Part shown: positions 13,221-27,086 of the stretch, in pieces
Layout: each line of letters begins with the position of its first letter
How positions within the stretch are numbered: the stretch's first letter is position 1
Assembly: GCF_006345805.1 (NCBI RefSeq)
Contig: NC_043005.1
Coordinates: forward strand, 30,876,001-30,940,000
From: Octopus sinensis
Taxonomy: Eukaryota
Direction: 5' to 3'
Length of the DNA stretch: 64,000 bases
Position numbers and translations under genes: made by a program
Notes under the pieces: generated by a model
What the model was told of the DNA's origin: nothing
Databases searched by the model: none
Seen by the model: the letters and a program-made list of their open reading frames with translations, nothing else

Positions 13221-15667
13221 AAGATGGCTGGATCCTGGTATTATCTGCTTGGTATGTAGAAAGGAGGTTGGAACTCTATACACTGTCCCCAGTGTAAGCT
13301 ATGAATGTGCAATACAAACAATGGAATCATGTGCAGACTAATAAAGTAGACTTCATATGTGACAGATGATCTTGGACAATAAACACTAAGAGCACAATGG
13401 AAATAGATTGTCTTAAATGCCTGGTTGGTTCACTAAACATAGTAAATAGTTTCTATTAATTCATCATCATTTAGTGTCCACTTTCCATGCTAGCATGGGT
13501 TGGACGGTTCAAGTGGGGACTGGGAAGCCAGAAGGCTGCACCAGGCCCAGTCTGATCTAGCAATGTTTCTACGGCTGGATGCCCTTCCTAATTACATCAC
13601 CTAATTAGGTAATGTAATTAGAATTAGTTGTTCTGAAAGTATAGCAGCTAATACCTCTGCTTGCAACAAAAGTCTTCTATGAAGAGTAGACAGTTTGATG
13701 CTTGTGTACAAACTACAATGCTATATGATAGTAAAGCATGGGCACTGAATGAAGAGGACCTAAGGTTACTCTCTGTACTCACAGTGTATAAGGCATCTTT
13801 CCATCTACTCATGTTTTAATGCCATAGCCAAAAGCGACTTCTGTGTACCCTTTGCAATGATTGGTGAGTTAGCAGAGGTAACATAAAGTTGAGCTCTCCT
13901 TTCATCATGCTTCACCAAGGTTTTCACAATTTTCCTAGTTCCTAGTGCCATAAAAAATATACCTAGTATATGCAAAGTGAATGGTAAACAGAGAAACTGT
14001 ATGATTGTGAGGTCTCTATTTCTGTCTCACTGACGATTTATCCCGCTCTCTAGCCCCAGTATCACAAAATGCACTCAGGACACCCTTTAAATTGGTTAGC
14101 AATAGGAAGGGCATCTGACCTTAGAAACTAAGCTAAAAGGATGCACCAATCTATGAGAGCAGTAGCTCCTTATGAGAAATGACTTGGATTATGAAGACCT
14201 GTCCAACCCATGTCAGCATGACAAGTAGGTGTAAAATGATGTCATTTATATTTATGACAGGCTCTGTGCAGTTTCCATCTACCAAATTCATTTACAAGAC
14301 TTGCCCAAGGAACCACTCAGTGTGGCTGTCTTCTAGCAAGCAAGTAAGTAAGTTAGTTATGTATATATGAAGGGCAGATGTATAGGTTCAACAACTAGAA
14401 ATTCCAGGTTGATATCCAGCGTGCTGGAAGACCAATGGACTTTTGTTAAAGCATATCTCTTGGAGAAGGTCACTTTAATGTAAAACCAGATATACAGGGA
14501 AAGGTACTGGACATTTTGGGGATCTTTTGATTTTGCTGGAGATCTTGAGATCCCACCCTCCTATGTTTGCAACTCAAATTGGCACTAGACATCTTGTCTT
14601 AGCTTGTCTCTGAATCATGTTAATAGGGTTTGAAAGAGTCTATGAGGTGTCATCAAAGTCCCTTCTTAGACCTAAAATACTGCACAGACATTGCTGATAT
14701 TTTATACGGGCATTGCTGCTTCTGAATGCACAATGATCTGAAAGATCGGTGATAGTCTTCCTCAGTCATGAATTGACAGCCATCATGTATGCATGTACGT
14801 ACCCAAGGATCCATGCAGTGGGGACATACCCAAACCTGCATTGACCAGAAAGAAGATGCTTGACCACACACCCATGTCTGCATCTCTCTCTCTCTCTGCA
14901 TCCATAAGTTTGGCTATAGCCCCACTGTGAGGTTCTTTAGGTATGTAAATGCATGCATACATATATGCATACACATACACGCGTGCACACACACACACAC
15001 ACACACTCACACACACAAACAAACAAACAAATAAACAAACAAACAAACTTAACTTCCTTACTTGCCAGAAAACCCTGTGCCTCAGGCAAAACTCAGACTA
15101 GCAAGATACTGATTCGACTAACAGACCATTCCTTATCTCTTGCGACATTGGATTAACCACATACTGTAATGAACTAAAGAATTGAATAAGAGGAGAAATG
15201 TGAAAAATCTGAGAAGGTAGTATACAGAAAATGCAGAATGGAAAACAAAAAATGAAAACCAGAAAACGAAAATGAAAAAGCTAAAATGTAAAACATAAGA
15301 AAGGTAGGATGTTTCAATTCTTCAAAATATATTTATACGCTAGCAAAAATACCTGGCATTGCTTAGGATTAAAATGGCATAGTTTTTTATTGTTTTACTT
15401 GTTTCAGTCATGTGACTGCAGCCATGCAGGTGCACTGCTTTTAGTCGAAGAAATCAACCCCAGGATTTATTGTTTATAAGCCTAGTACTTATTCTTTCGG
15501 TGTGTTTTGCCAAACAGCTGTTACAGGGACGTGAACACAGCAACATCGGTTGTCAAGCGATGGTAGAGGTACAAACACACACACACGGATATATACGTAT
15601 ATACAACAGCCTTCTTTCAGTTTCCGTGTACAAAATCTACTCACAGGGCTTTCGTGGGCCTGAGACT

Positions 15668-15704
<37 letters not shown>

Positions 15705-18700
15705 ACGAATATTTCAATACATGTTTGAATTAATATTTTTAGTAAGTGAAATATACAAATTTACAATGTTAAAAAAATGAATATAACTGCTCATCATGGT
15801 TTTACAATAACAACAGCATTCTTGTAAAGTTTATCAAATTGTTTAGTCTAATTTCTCTGGAAAAAAACATTACAAATCTTTTTTTAAAAAAAATATTCCA
15901 GGAATATAAAAGTTCATGAGGAATATATTCAAACAAACTGAGAAAGTCTTTTGGGAAAGTGTACAGTTCTACCACTTCTAGTTTTCTTTTCGCTGGTAGG
16001 TGATTTTAGAATTGACTTGTGGATCTTTTCCTCAACCGTAAGTTCGCTGTTTTGTGAACTGTTCTGTTTTGAGTTATTTTTAATGTGTTGCTCAAATCTT
16101 TATTTTCGTGACATGAAGTCTGGTCAAAATAAGCTTTTTTTTACCATGCATATCCAAAGTCATAGTTTTATCTTTAATTGACAAAACTTTAAAAGGTCCA
16201 GTGTATTTATAATTCAGTGAATGATGACTGGCATCATTATGTACAAATACATGAGTCCAATAATTAATATCAGAAGGAATGAAACTTTTAATATTTTGTA
16301 ATTTACTTGTAAAAGAAGGAACATCAGAAAGAAATCTCTTGAGTTGGGTTACATAATATCTTCATTAAAAAAATTGGTTTCTTCAAACATTTCACCAGGT
16401 AGAATTAATGTTGTTCCATACAGAAGTTCAGCAGAATATTTCAAACTTTCTGTAACAGCACTCCTGATTCCTAACAATGTCACTGGTAAGGCTTCTAACC
16501 AACTGTTAGAATCAGAATAAGTTCTTATTGAAGATTTCAACTGCCTATGAAACCTTTCTATCATGCTGTTAGATTGTGGATGATAGGAAGTTGTACAAAT
16601 TCTATGAATTCCCAACAATTTGTTGAATTCTGTGAAAAGTGTAGACTCAAATTGTCTTCCATGATCTGTCATCAATGTGTTGGGTATGTTGAATCTGGAC
16701 ATCCAATTGGTAAATAAAATTCTTGCTATAGTTACCACAGATTTGTCTTTGATTGGATAAGCTTCTGGCCATCATGAAAAACGATCCATGCATGTCAACA
16801 AATAACTATTACCTTCCACAGGAGGCAATGGTCCAACTATGTGAATATGAATGTGTTGTAATCTGGCATCAGGATTTGCAAAAATACCTAATGGTGCTTT
16901 AATATGACGATTCACTTTTGCTCTTTGGCACTGTATACAAGATTTAACCCAAGAACGACTATCCTTATTCATACCAGGCCAAACAAATCGATTCGATATT
17001 AATTTTAATGAAGCTCCAATACCAGGGTGAGATAATTTATGTAAAGTAGAAAAAACAAACTTTTCAGGCACAAATGGTCTAGAAAATCCTGTAGAAATAT
17101 CACACCAAATATGTGATTTATAAGAATGAACCGGCAATAATTTAAATTTCAAAGAAGTAGAACTGGAATTTTTATATAAAGAAAATTCTTTATCAGTAGT
17201 TTGATCTTTAGACATTTCTTCTAAATTGATAGTGCTTAATGAACTTAATGCATCAACATTCATTCGAGAAAGTGCATTAGCTGCAGAATTTTCAACACCC
17301 TTGATATACCATATATCAACAGTATACTGTGAAATATAATCAAGGTATCTAATTTCTCTGGGATAATATTTTTCAGAAGAATTTTTTAGTGCATGTGTCA
17401 ATGGTTTATGGTCAGTAAATAATGTAAATGACCTACCTTCAAGAAGATATCTGAAGTATTTAATTGACAAGTAAACTGCCAACAATTCTCTGCCGAAACA
17501 CTGTATTTCATTTCTGGTGCCTTGAATTCTTTTGAAAAGAAGGATAATGATTGCCAAGAACCACAATGAAACTGTTGTAAAACTCCACTGATTCCAACAT
17601 CAGAAGCATAAACTACCAATGATAATTTTGCTTCAGGAACCAGATGGTATAAGAGTGTTGCTTCACACAGTTTTTCTTTTATGCTTTGAAAGGCCTTTAA
17701 TTCTTCATCTTTTAAAGTTATAGCTTCATTTTTCTAGCATTTGTCTTGGGACTTTTCGATCATCTATGCCATCTTGCATTATTTCTGTTATAAGAATGCT
17801 TATCTCTTCTAAGTTGAAGACTTTCAATTTTGTCTGTTAATAATTTAAATTGTTTTTCATAAGTTTGTTTCATCAACTATAATTCTGAAGAAATGGATGG
17901 CAAGGCATTTACAGACCCTCTAGATGGTAATTCCAAAATACCATCTGCTAGATCTGCTAATTGTTTGAGAGAGTTTTGTTCTTTCACTGCTGAAAGTAGA
18001 GTTTGAGTGCTATGAGGTAACTTGCCAAAGAAAACTTCTTTAAGATAAGATTCTTCTATCTGTTGATTTCTGAGAAGTTCTTTCATTCTACAAAGGAGCT
18101 GAGTAGGTTTTCTGTCACCTAGTTCTTTGTTATTGAACAGTTTAGCAAATTCTTTTTGCTTTGAATTGGAAGTCCTCTTTAGTATCTCTTCCTTTACGGA
18201 AGAATACGAAAATGGTTCAGTTGGATCTATTAATAAGTCTCTAATTTCATTGCTCAGAGGTGGTGGTAAGTTACTTAACATAATGTTATATTTTTGTCTC
18301 AGTTGTTATTCTGTTTACTGCAAAACTTGCTTCTAATTGAGCAAACCAGATAATGGTATCTCCCATCCAAGCAGGGGGCAAAACTGTCATAGAAGCTTGC
18401 ATATATCCTGTATTGAAATAAGAGATTTCAAACTCTTTAATATTTTCTTCCATTCAAATATATTAAAATTTTCAAGAAGAAAATTTTTCCCTTAGTGAAA
18501 TAATGCTTTCAACAGCTATGAAGTATAAATTTAGTTTGTTAGAAAGTGCTGTTAAAACTTCTTACAACTATTATTGTTTATTTCTTCAGTATTATTTTTT
18601 CCTTCAACTTTTAATATCAAATATTTCCATTAATAAAATTTTATGTAATGAAACTATCATCTATTTTCTATTTAAAATTTTCTGTGCTGGTGGCACGTAA

Positions 18701-21700
18701 AAAGCACCATCCGAACGTGGCCGATGCCAGCGCTGCCTTGACTGGCTTCTGTGCCAGTGGCACGTAAAAAACACCCACTACACTCACAGAGTGGTTGGCG
18801 TTAGGAAGGGCATCAAGCTGTAGAAACACTGCCAAATCAGACTGGAGCCTGGTGCAGCCTCCTGGCTTCCCAGACCCCGGTCGAACCGTCCAACCCATGC
18901 TAGCACGGAAAATGGACGCTAAACGATGATGATGATGATTTATCACGTCGGGGTCGCCACTTTTATAATGGTGATTGGGTACCACTTTTATAATGGTGTT
19001 TTATCTTATTTGTATAGTTTTGATTTGGAATAGATAATAAATGTATTTTATTTCTTGAGTAAGAATCTATATTGATAAACCTGTCACTTATAATTTAATT
19101 ATAAGTATTATCACTATAGATAAATCTTAACTCAAGCTACATAAACGCCGTAGTGAAAACATATACGTCAAGATGCTAAAACGGACATGTTGAATGTACA
19201 TTAGTTCGTGTTCTTTTTCACCGCTATAAAAACAGTTTCATGATTGCAGAAATAAATTTCATTAACAGGTTGAAAAAAGTGAAGAAAGAGAAAATATTTA
19301 CTACATTAATTTATTTATGTACATTTAATATTTATAGTACATTTAGAAGTAAAGCAATTTGTCGTAGAGAGTTACAACATGAAATTCATACTAGCTAATT
19401 CTTTCATACTAAACTACTAGAGTTTACACAACAATTCAAATAAGTCTTGTTGGATTTAAGTAATAGGCACAGGAGTGGCTGTGTGGAAAGTAGCTTACTT
19501 ACCAACCACATGGTACCGGGTTCAATCTCACTGCGTGGCACCTTGGGAAAGTGTCTTCTACTATAGCCTCAAGCCGACCAAAGCCTTGTGAGTAGATTTG
19601 GTAGACGGAAACTGAAAGAAGCCCATCGTATATATGTCTGTGTATGTGTGTGTTTGTGTTTGTCCTAACACCACTTGACAACCGATGCTGGTGTGTTTAC
19701 ATCCCCATAACTTAGCAGAAGTACTAGGCTTACAGAGAATAAGTCCTGGGGTCAATTTGCTCAACTAAAAGGTGGTGCTCCAGCATGGCCGCAGTCAGAT
19801 GACTGAAACAAGTAAAAGAATAAAAGAGTATGGCATAAGAATAGCTAATATCTCAAAGGAGTGCGTGTTGTGGAGATGAGTGACAACCAACGCACACTAG
19901 GGTGAGTGTCATGGAGTCTATTGACAACCAACAAACACTGATTAATTTCCCCAAAATCAGGGTTTTTATAACTGCTCATACCTGAATTCTAAGAACTGTA
20001 TTTCATGAAAGATTTCTCTTTGACAAAAGTTTAGAATTCAAATATGGGCAGTAATTTTAACCAATGGGAAACTAACAATTATACTTGTTTGGGAAACATG
20101 ACCATTACGTCATATTACCACCGTTTACGACTTGCTTGCTACACTAGTAAATGTATGTAGAATATAAATCCCAGGTAAATCCTCATGTTTGATAGATAAA
20201 TCCAACAATCCTTATGCAAAATTTTAAGAAATTCAGAGTATTTAACAACAACCTGGTTGCCAGCCTTATCTGGCACCTGTGCGGGTGGCACGTAAAAAGC
20301 ACCCACTACACTCATGGAGTGGTTGGCGTTAGGAAGGGCATCCAGCTGTAGAAACATTGCCAGATAAGACTGGAGCCTGGTGCAGCCTTCAGGCTTCCCA
20401 GATCCCCGGTCGAACCGTCCAACCCATGCTAGCATGGAGAACGGACGTTAAACGATGATGATGAAAATCATACACAAAAAGAAATGTGACAAAGAAACAA
20501 AAATAATGAGAGAGCTGGGAAAAAATTGGTGCTATTGAAATTCAAGGAGTAAGTGATATTGTTTTTAGAATAGCCATTATTAGATAAGCCACGGTACCAT
20601 CTAAAGTTTCTTCAGTTATCCTTTCATGTTTGTTTTCTGTACTGACTTGGGTTGAGTGTGTTATCACAGTCCAAGTCAGTTGTTATTCAGAGTTATTGTC
20701 CACTTAGACAGGTTGGAACCATATCTTGTTTGTGCTTTCCATTTTTTGGCATAGCTTCTAAAGTTGGATGACCTTCCTAACACCAACCACTACAGAGTGT
20801 ACTGGGTGCATTTTATGTCACCAGCACTAGAGAGGGTGTCACATCATGAACAACATTCTGTTTGATCGTTTTCATGTCAAAGTACATTTTTATCCTGCTC
20901 TAGCATGACCGCAGCCACATGGCTGAAATGAGTAAAAGAGTAGAAAATTATACCTCATTTGAAAGATCTGGATGTGAACTTCTCATATAGTTTTGATCAA
21001 AATCTAACTCCTTCAGTCACCCTGGTATTTCCACCCATTTACAAAGTTTGTCCTGTTTTCGTTTTTTCTCCTTTTACTGCTGACTGATAGCCTTCATTGT
21101 AGATCAGTGCACTGGAGTGTTGTAACTCAATTTGTGTTGAAAACCATACAGTCATGAAAATGACTGTTTTGTTTCATTTTGATATAAAAATCAATGGAAG
21201 TAGGTCAGATAATCATTATGAAATATAAAAGTGAAAATTTTCTCATTAATTTTCACTTAGAAAAGAAGATATTTTCTTGAAGGTTTTTATATCATAAGGA
21301 AGAAAAACTTCTCGCAAATTCTATATGGTCATTGCCAAATCTGGCTATGATGTGACAAAAAAGCACAAAATCACTAAAGAGGGTGATATACTGACACTAC
21401 CTGTCAAACTGAGTATTCCTGCACAGTGAGAGATCAAACAGAACATGAATCCAAGACTTCAAATATCAAGTTTGAGCCAGGATTTCAATAAATGGACAAA
21501 CTAATTATTAAGTAAACATATATTTCTGTGAATAGGTGGAAATACCAGGGTGATTGAGGAACCTTGACATTATATAAGTGTTGGATTTTGATCAAAACTA
21601 TATGAAAATATAGTTAACATCCAGAACTTTCAAATGATATATAATTTTCTGTGGAAAAAAAGGACTTTGACATGAAAATGATCAAGCAAACATTGAGTAC

Positions 21701-24700
21701 TAAATTGAGCTACATAAGTCTTTTACAGTCCAAACTGTTTAACCACTCTTGCTGTTTTAACATGTGGAGAGTACCATCTGAATTTTAGCTAGTGGATATT
21801 CTTGTGCATGTAAATTTCTTTGAGAAATATTGGTCAAATTTCAGCAATAAATATTGTTTTGTAGACTATTAAATCCAATGTGATGCTTTTTTGCTTCCAA
21901 TTTTGAATACAGTTGGATTAATTTGTAGTAGTGTTGACATAGTCGTCTTGGGTTGTTTTTTGTTTTTCTCTCTCTCCTACTAATGAGTTTGCTGTAAGTT
22001 ACAGCAATTTAATTTATACTTTGATGTTAAAGCAAGGAATTAACTTTCAGATTTTATTTGTTTTTTAATCTAGGTCTACATGTAATTCTGAGAAAGTTGG
22101 TTGTGGGATGTACTAGAAACAACAGCTGAATCTCCCTTAAATCACACACCTTTACATTTGAAAATATTTTCCTTTTTTTTTTCCATCAAAAAAGCTTCTC
22201 CCATTGTTTTTAAATACATTGTGCATAAAAGAAATTGGCCAAAATCAGTCCAAAAGTGGTGCTTGAAGGGGGGGAAAAGCATCATAAATTTTCAAAAAAT
22301 TTTTTTCGTAAAAAGCTTTCCCACATCATTTCTAAGGTCATGGTGGGGAAAAAATGGAGAAAATCCAACTTATGTGAGCATTCTGATCAGAAACTTTGCC
22401 ATTTATAGCCATTTTTAATAGTCATTTAGAATCTTATTGAAATGCTATCATGTCCCAAAATTTCATGATTTATTTAGTTCTATACCTACTACAAATGTGC
22501 CAAAACTCAACTTCATGTAGCTTGTACATTTGAATTTAGCTAGGTCTAAAACACTGTGAAATTGATTGTTTCTTTAAATATTTAAAAATTTGCCCCCAAA
22601 AATTGAGTTTTAGCTTCAAGAACCTGAAAAAAGAAGGCAACTGCTATGCCATGGATATTATTAATTTGTGTAATTTGAAGATGATTATCACCTCAGTTTC
22701 AAAGATATGACATCACAAATATGGCTGGTTATTTATTTAGGCCAATTTTGACCAATTCGCTGACCATTCAAAATGTCATATTTCCTAAAATATTCATCCA
22801 AATTTCACGAATGAGGTGTAAAAATGTTTGTTTTTGGATGCCCTCCATAAAAAAATACAGTAGAAATTCTATTCAAATATTTTCAAAAATTCATGATACC
22901 TAGTATAATTGTGATGGCAGAACCAGTGATAAGAACAAGAAGGTTGTTACAGAAATTGGTAGACATTACAAACTCTAAAATCCAATCTAGTCAGGTTTTA
23001 GAGCACATATTTCTAATTTCCAGTGAATTCAAGGATTAAGTTGCTGAATTTGACTTCTTTTTATAAATAATCAAGACAAATACTTTTTTATTTAGCCATT
23101 ATCTATCTTTAAATCTTGTTGCTTTGAAATATGATGGCTTAGCTGCTGGTAAGGAATTAGTGTGTGTACTTTGTTAATCTAGGTGGATTAGCACCAACAC
23201 TAGAGTAACAAATGAAAAAGTAATAAGTTTCTTGTTTAATATTGCCATATTTTTTATATTTTCAGTGCCATTGGTGTCAAGAATTCTACCATCAGATATC
23301 TGTCAAATTCGTAAAAAGGGTGCCTATATAAGGTAAACATATTTTTAATGATTTAATTTTACCATTTTCCTATTTTCACATATAACAAAAGTAATAAAAT
23401 AGGATAGAAGTTACAGTAAAATTTTCCCTTTTACTGATATAAACACACTAATTTACAAGAGATATAATTTAAATGGGATTTGATTTGACGCAGTGTTGAT
23501 ATTTGTTCTATATGAAGGAATATCTTTCACACAATAGATAGGGTAGCCTGGGTAAAATGAATAAAATTTAAACAGAAATACCTGAGTTCTTGTTAATTTT
23601 TCTTTTCCTTTTTATATACTTATATAATGTAAATTAAGATTATTAGTTTAAAGTGAGTTTAAGTATAATAACAGATTTACTGATGGTGAGGGAAACTTGA
23701 AACTGATCGTGAGCTGAATACCCTAACCACTAAGCCATGTGCCTTTACTGTGTAACGGTACATGTTTAGTTATTCAAGAAGCTATTTATTCTAAGAGTTG
23801 CCCTTTCTTCAGTAAGTGAAGAGTTAAAAGTTAAATTAACAATGGCAAGGACAAACATTTGAAAAAATAGCTTTATATTTACCAAAGCCCATATTCACAC
23901 ATGAACAAAAATATGTTGCCTTCTCTAGAGTGTCCACAGAATTTCCAAGATTAAACATATATATACCAAATGATAAACATTCCACAAAGAATGTTGCTTA
24001 TAAGGAAGTTCACATTTACAAAAATTTCTAGCAATGAAATATGAAACCAAAAATACAGATTTCAGCCATAAAGAACAGCGAACAGTATTTATCAACACAT
24101 CAGGGTTAGCATCATTTACACACAAATTACAAAATATGGAAACATTTAAAAAGCATGGAGTGAATTTGAAGTTTGAAAACGGTTCAACTTATTGTAAGCT
24201 GTTATAATAGACGTTGATCTATAAAATGATCTACAAAACAAGTACAGGTCATCAACAAAAAAGGTGTGAGTGACATTAATCTTGCTGATATTTGGCAGAT
24301 CCTGTCATGTAGCCCTTATATTTCCTTAACTGGACTGACAAAAGGTTCACTGCTAGGACAAAAAGCCTTTCAGATAAACTGTCATCCTGAAATATTCCCT
24401 TAGTGATTATAGTACTGGCTTCATTTCTTATTGGTAGCTTTGTGGACCTTGTTGTCACCTCTTAATGGCATTGACTATAGCAACTGGAATTTGGAGGAAT
24501 GAATTCAAGCAATCTATGTCTGATTTCTACATAACATTCAAGCACACTGTTAATCTGTAATTTTTTGGCTACATAAATCTCTTAGTTTATAGCTACTAAT
24601 GTTGTACATGCAACTCCCACATCATTCTCATTGTTCGCTTCTCTTTTGAACTGGTTAACAAGGGCTGCCCTGTAGAGTGTGAGCTTTCTGTACCACTATC

Positions 24701-26062
24701 AAATCTCCCCCAGATGATTTCTCATTTGGCAGTTTTACAACAATTGTCAGAAAAGTTTCCCTGTTGACATCATAAGTTTGGGAATGTATGTTTGCATTCA
24801 CTCCATAACTCATGTAACTACATTGAATCATGGATGTGTTGCTTATCTGCATTCTGGATCCCTCCTCAAAATAATTCTGGATCATCCTGGGAGGCACTTT
24901 TACAACTTTGATCATGTGGCCTTTTGTACTGCAATACACCACTTGTGAGTTTAGTGCAAACTTGCAATTTACAGCTAATAGTTTTGTTTCCTATAATCAA
25001 AATATTCATTTACTGTTCACAATTCATGTTTAAGGGCAATTGAGGTATAAAGAAAGCATTACGTAACTTACATTACAGTATTCAGTGGTGTAGGCTGTTC
25101 TGTTTATTTTGTATATTGAGCTAAATTATTATGAATTATAGTTATTGCACACATATATGTAGCTGAAACTACTGTCATTTTCAATTTTCTTTTGTTCTCG
25201 TTTAGTTTATGTTATTACCTTTTTAGCAGTGTATTTTGTAAACATTTGTTGGAAATGATATTTACCTAAATGCTTTCATCACTTGTCTCGTAGGATAAGA
25301 TTTATTCTTTGTGATTATTAAATTATTGGCAGGATGATTAGGAATTATTACACAAACTACTTTATTCTCTTATTTCTGTCTTGTAGTAAATGGCTTGATA
25401 TTTTCCCCACTGAACTGCTAAAATGAATATCAGTGAAGCACTAAGATCAACATAACTTGATTCTACTCTTCTCCCAAATTTGAGACTCTTTTACTTTTTT
25501 ACTTGTTTCAGTCATGTGACTGTGGCCATGCTGGAGCACCACCTTTAGTCGAGCAAATTGACCCCAGGACTTATTCTTTATAAGCCTAGTACCTATTCTA
25601 TCGGTCTCTTTTGCCAAACCGCTAAGTTACAGGGACGTAAACACACCAGCATCGGTTGTCAAGCGAAGTTGGTGGGGGGGACAAACACAGACACACAGAC
25701 AAAGACACACACATATATACATACATATATATATATATACAACTAAAAACATATTTGTTAATTATTTTTGTTCATTTTCAGATTGGATACTACTTTAGTT
25801 GATTTTAATGGTATGAATTGGGAGCGTGGTGACATCACATTTTTGTTTAATGGGAATCAACATTTGTCAAAACCACTTCTAGTCATGGATAACAAAGCCA
25901 AAAGCTTCCAGTGGATACGCAATGAGGTCAGTAAATACCCCATGCATTTTACCTCATTACTGAGAAAATATAACCATAATTTTTTTTTATTGCATTGATA
26001 TAAAAAAAACTGTGTCATTTTATGAAATGATTGAAGATAATTTGGATTTTTTGTAGATTGTC

Positions 26063-26106
<44 letters not shown>

Positions 26107-27017
26107 TATAGAAAGAGAGAGAGAAAACAAAGCTATTTTTTCTACATGGGTAGAAATATAGGAAAAAAATAGAAGTTGAACATGCACTGAGAATAGTTTA
26201 AATTTTTTTTATTATATTTAAAGATGTAACTAGTTTCACAGTTTAGACTGATTTTCAAAAGTTGAGATAGAAAGACATGGGTTATACCACAGCTGTCTTG
26301 CTTCTGACTAGTGTTTGAAGCTTGTCCTGTTTTTATAGAGAGTACATGGCTAAAATAAGTGTTATGTTTTGGATATGGCTTGATTGGTAGAAGATAATCA
26401 CATGACTGATCTAGGAAATTTTTGTAGGTTCCCCCGCCATGTCTGTGTGTCAATATCAAGTGACAATGTTTGGCATCATAAGACAAGGCTGACACAGTTG
26501 AGTGAACATGTCTTGTGACAGTACCAAACAGTCAATGCCCTGAATGTTTTCGTTCAAGTGTTGTAGAAAATGAATATGTTATTAAGTTTAGAATCATTTG
26601 TACCTTTCCTGCTACATTCATACATTAGTATCACATGACAGTATATTTTGCTCCAAAAATTAAGTCCACCCTCCCACCTAACAGATTAAATTTAGAGTGC
26701 CTTGATTGTAACTAAACATAAAATAGGTTCCAATTGAGCCCCGAAGTCAGCATAATTGAATTACTCTTCCCCTAAAATTACTGGCCTTGTGCCAAAATTT
26801 GAAACTGATATTAGTAGGTTTTTTGACATTTCTATTATGTGTATGTAAGTGTGTGCATATAATTTCAAATGCTCAGGAAGCTCCTTAGAGGTAGTAAATT
26901 GTTTTTATTACCTAAGGTGACCTAATTAGCAGTAGCAGAGGATATTCTGAAGTTTAATTGCCAGAATAAGAATAAGGTAGAGAAAGTTCAGAGCTATTAC
27001 CTCTGTTGGCAACAAAA

Positions 27018-27086
<69 letters not shown>

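Larger units (their letters stand above)
16349..18960 (-). mobile_element. Ty3/gypsy element derivative: PBS - gag - (no PR, no RT) - RNase H - integrase; 3' LTR not seen
   Basis: gag [20 protein letters not shown]...[10 protein letters not shown]; RNase [12 protein letters not shown]...RELLAVY...TDHKPL; integrase HPGIGAS...CIQCQR...DRFS*WPEA...TDHGRQFES...[17 protein letters not shown]; PBS at 18942-18959. Confidence 0.92.

Noticed and set aside
14430-14930. Cys/His-rich ORF 14653-14901 as a zinc-finger exon
   Set aside because: No canonical finger spacing or splice borders; it begins in a (GA)n repeat
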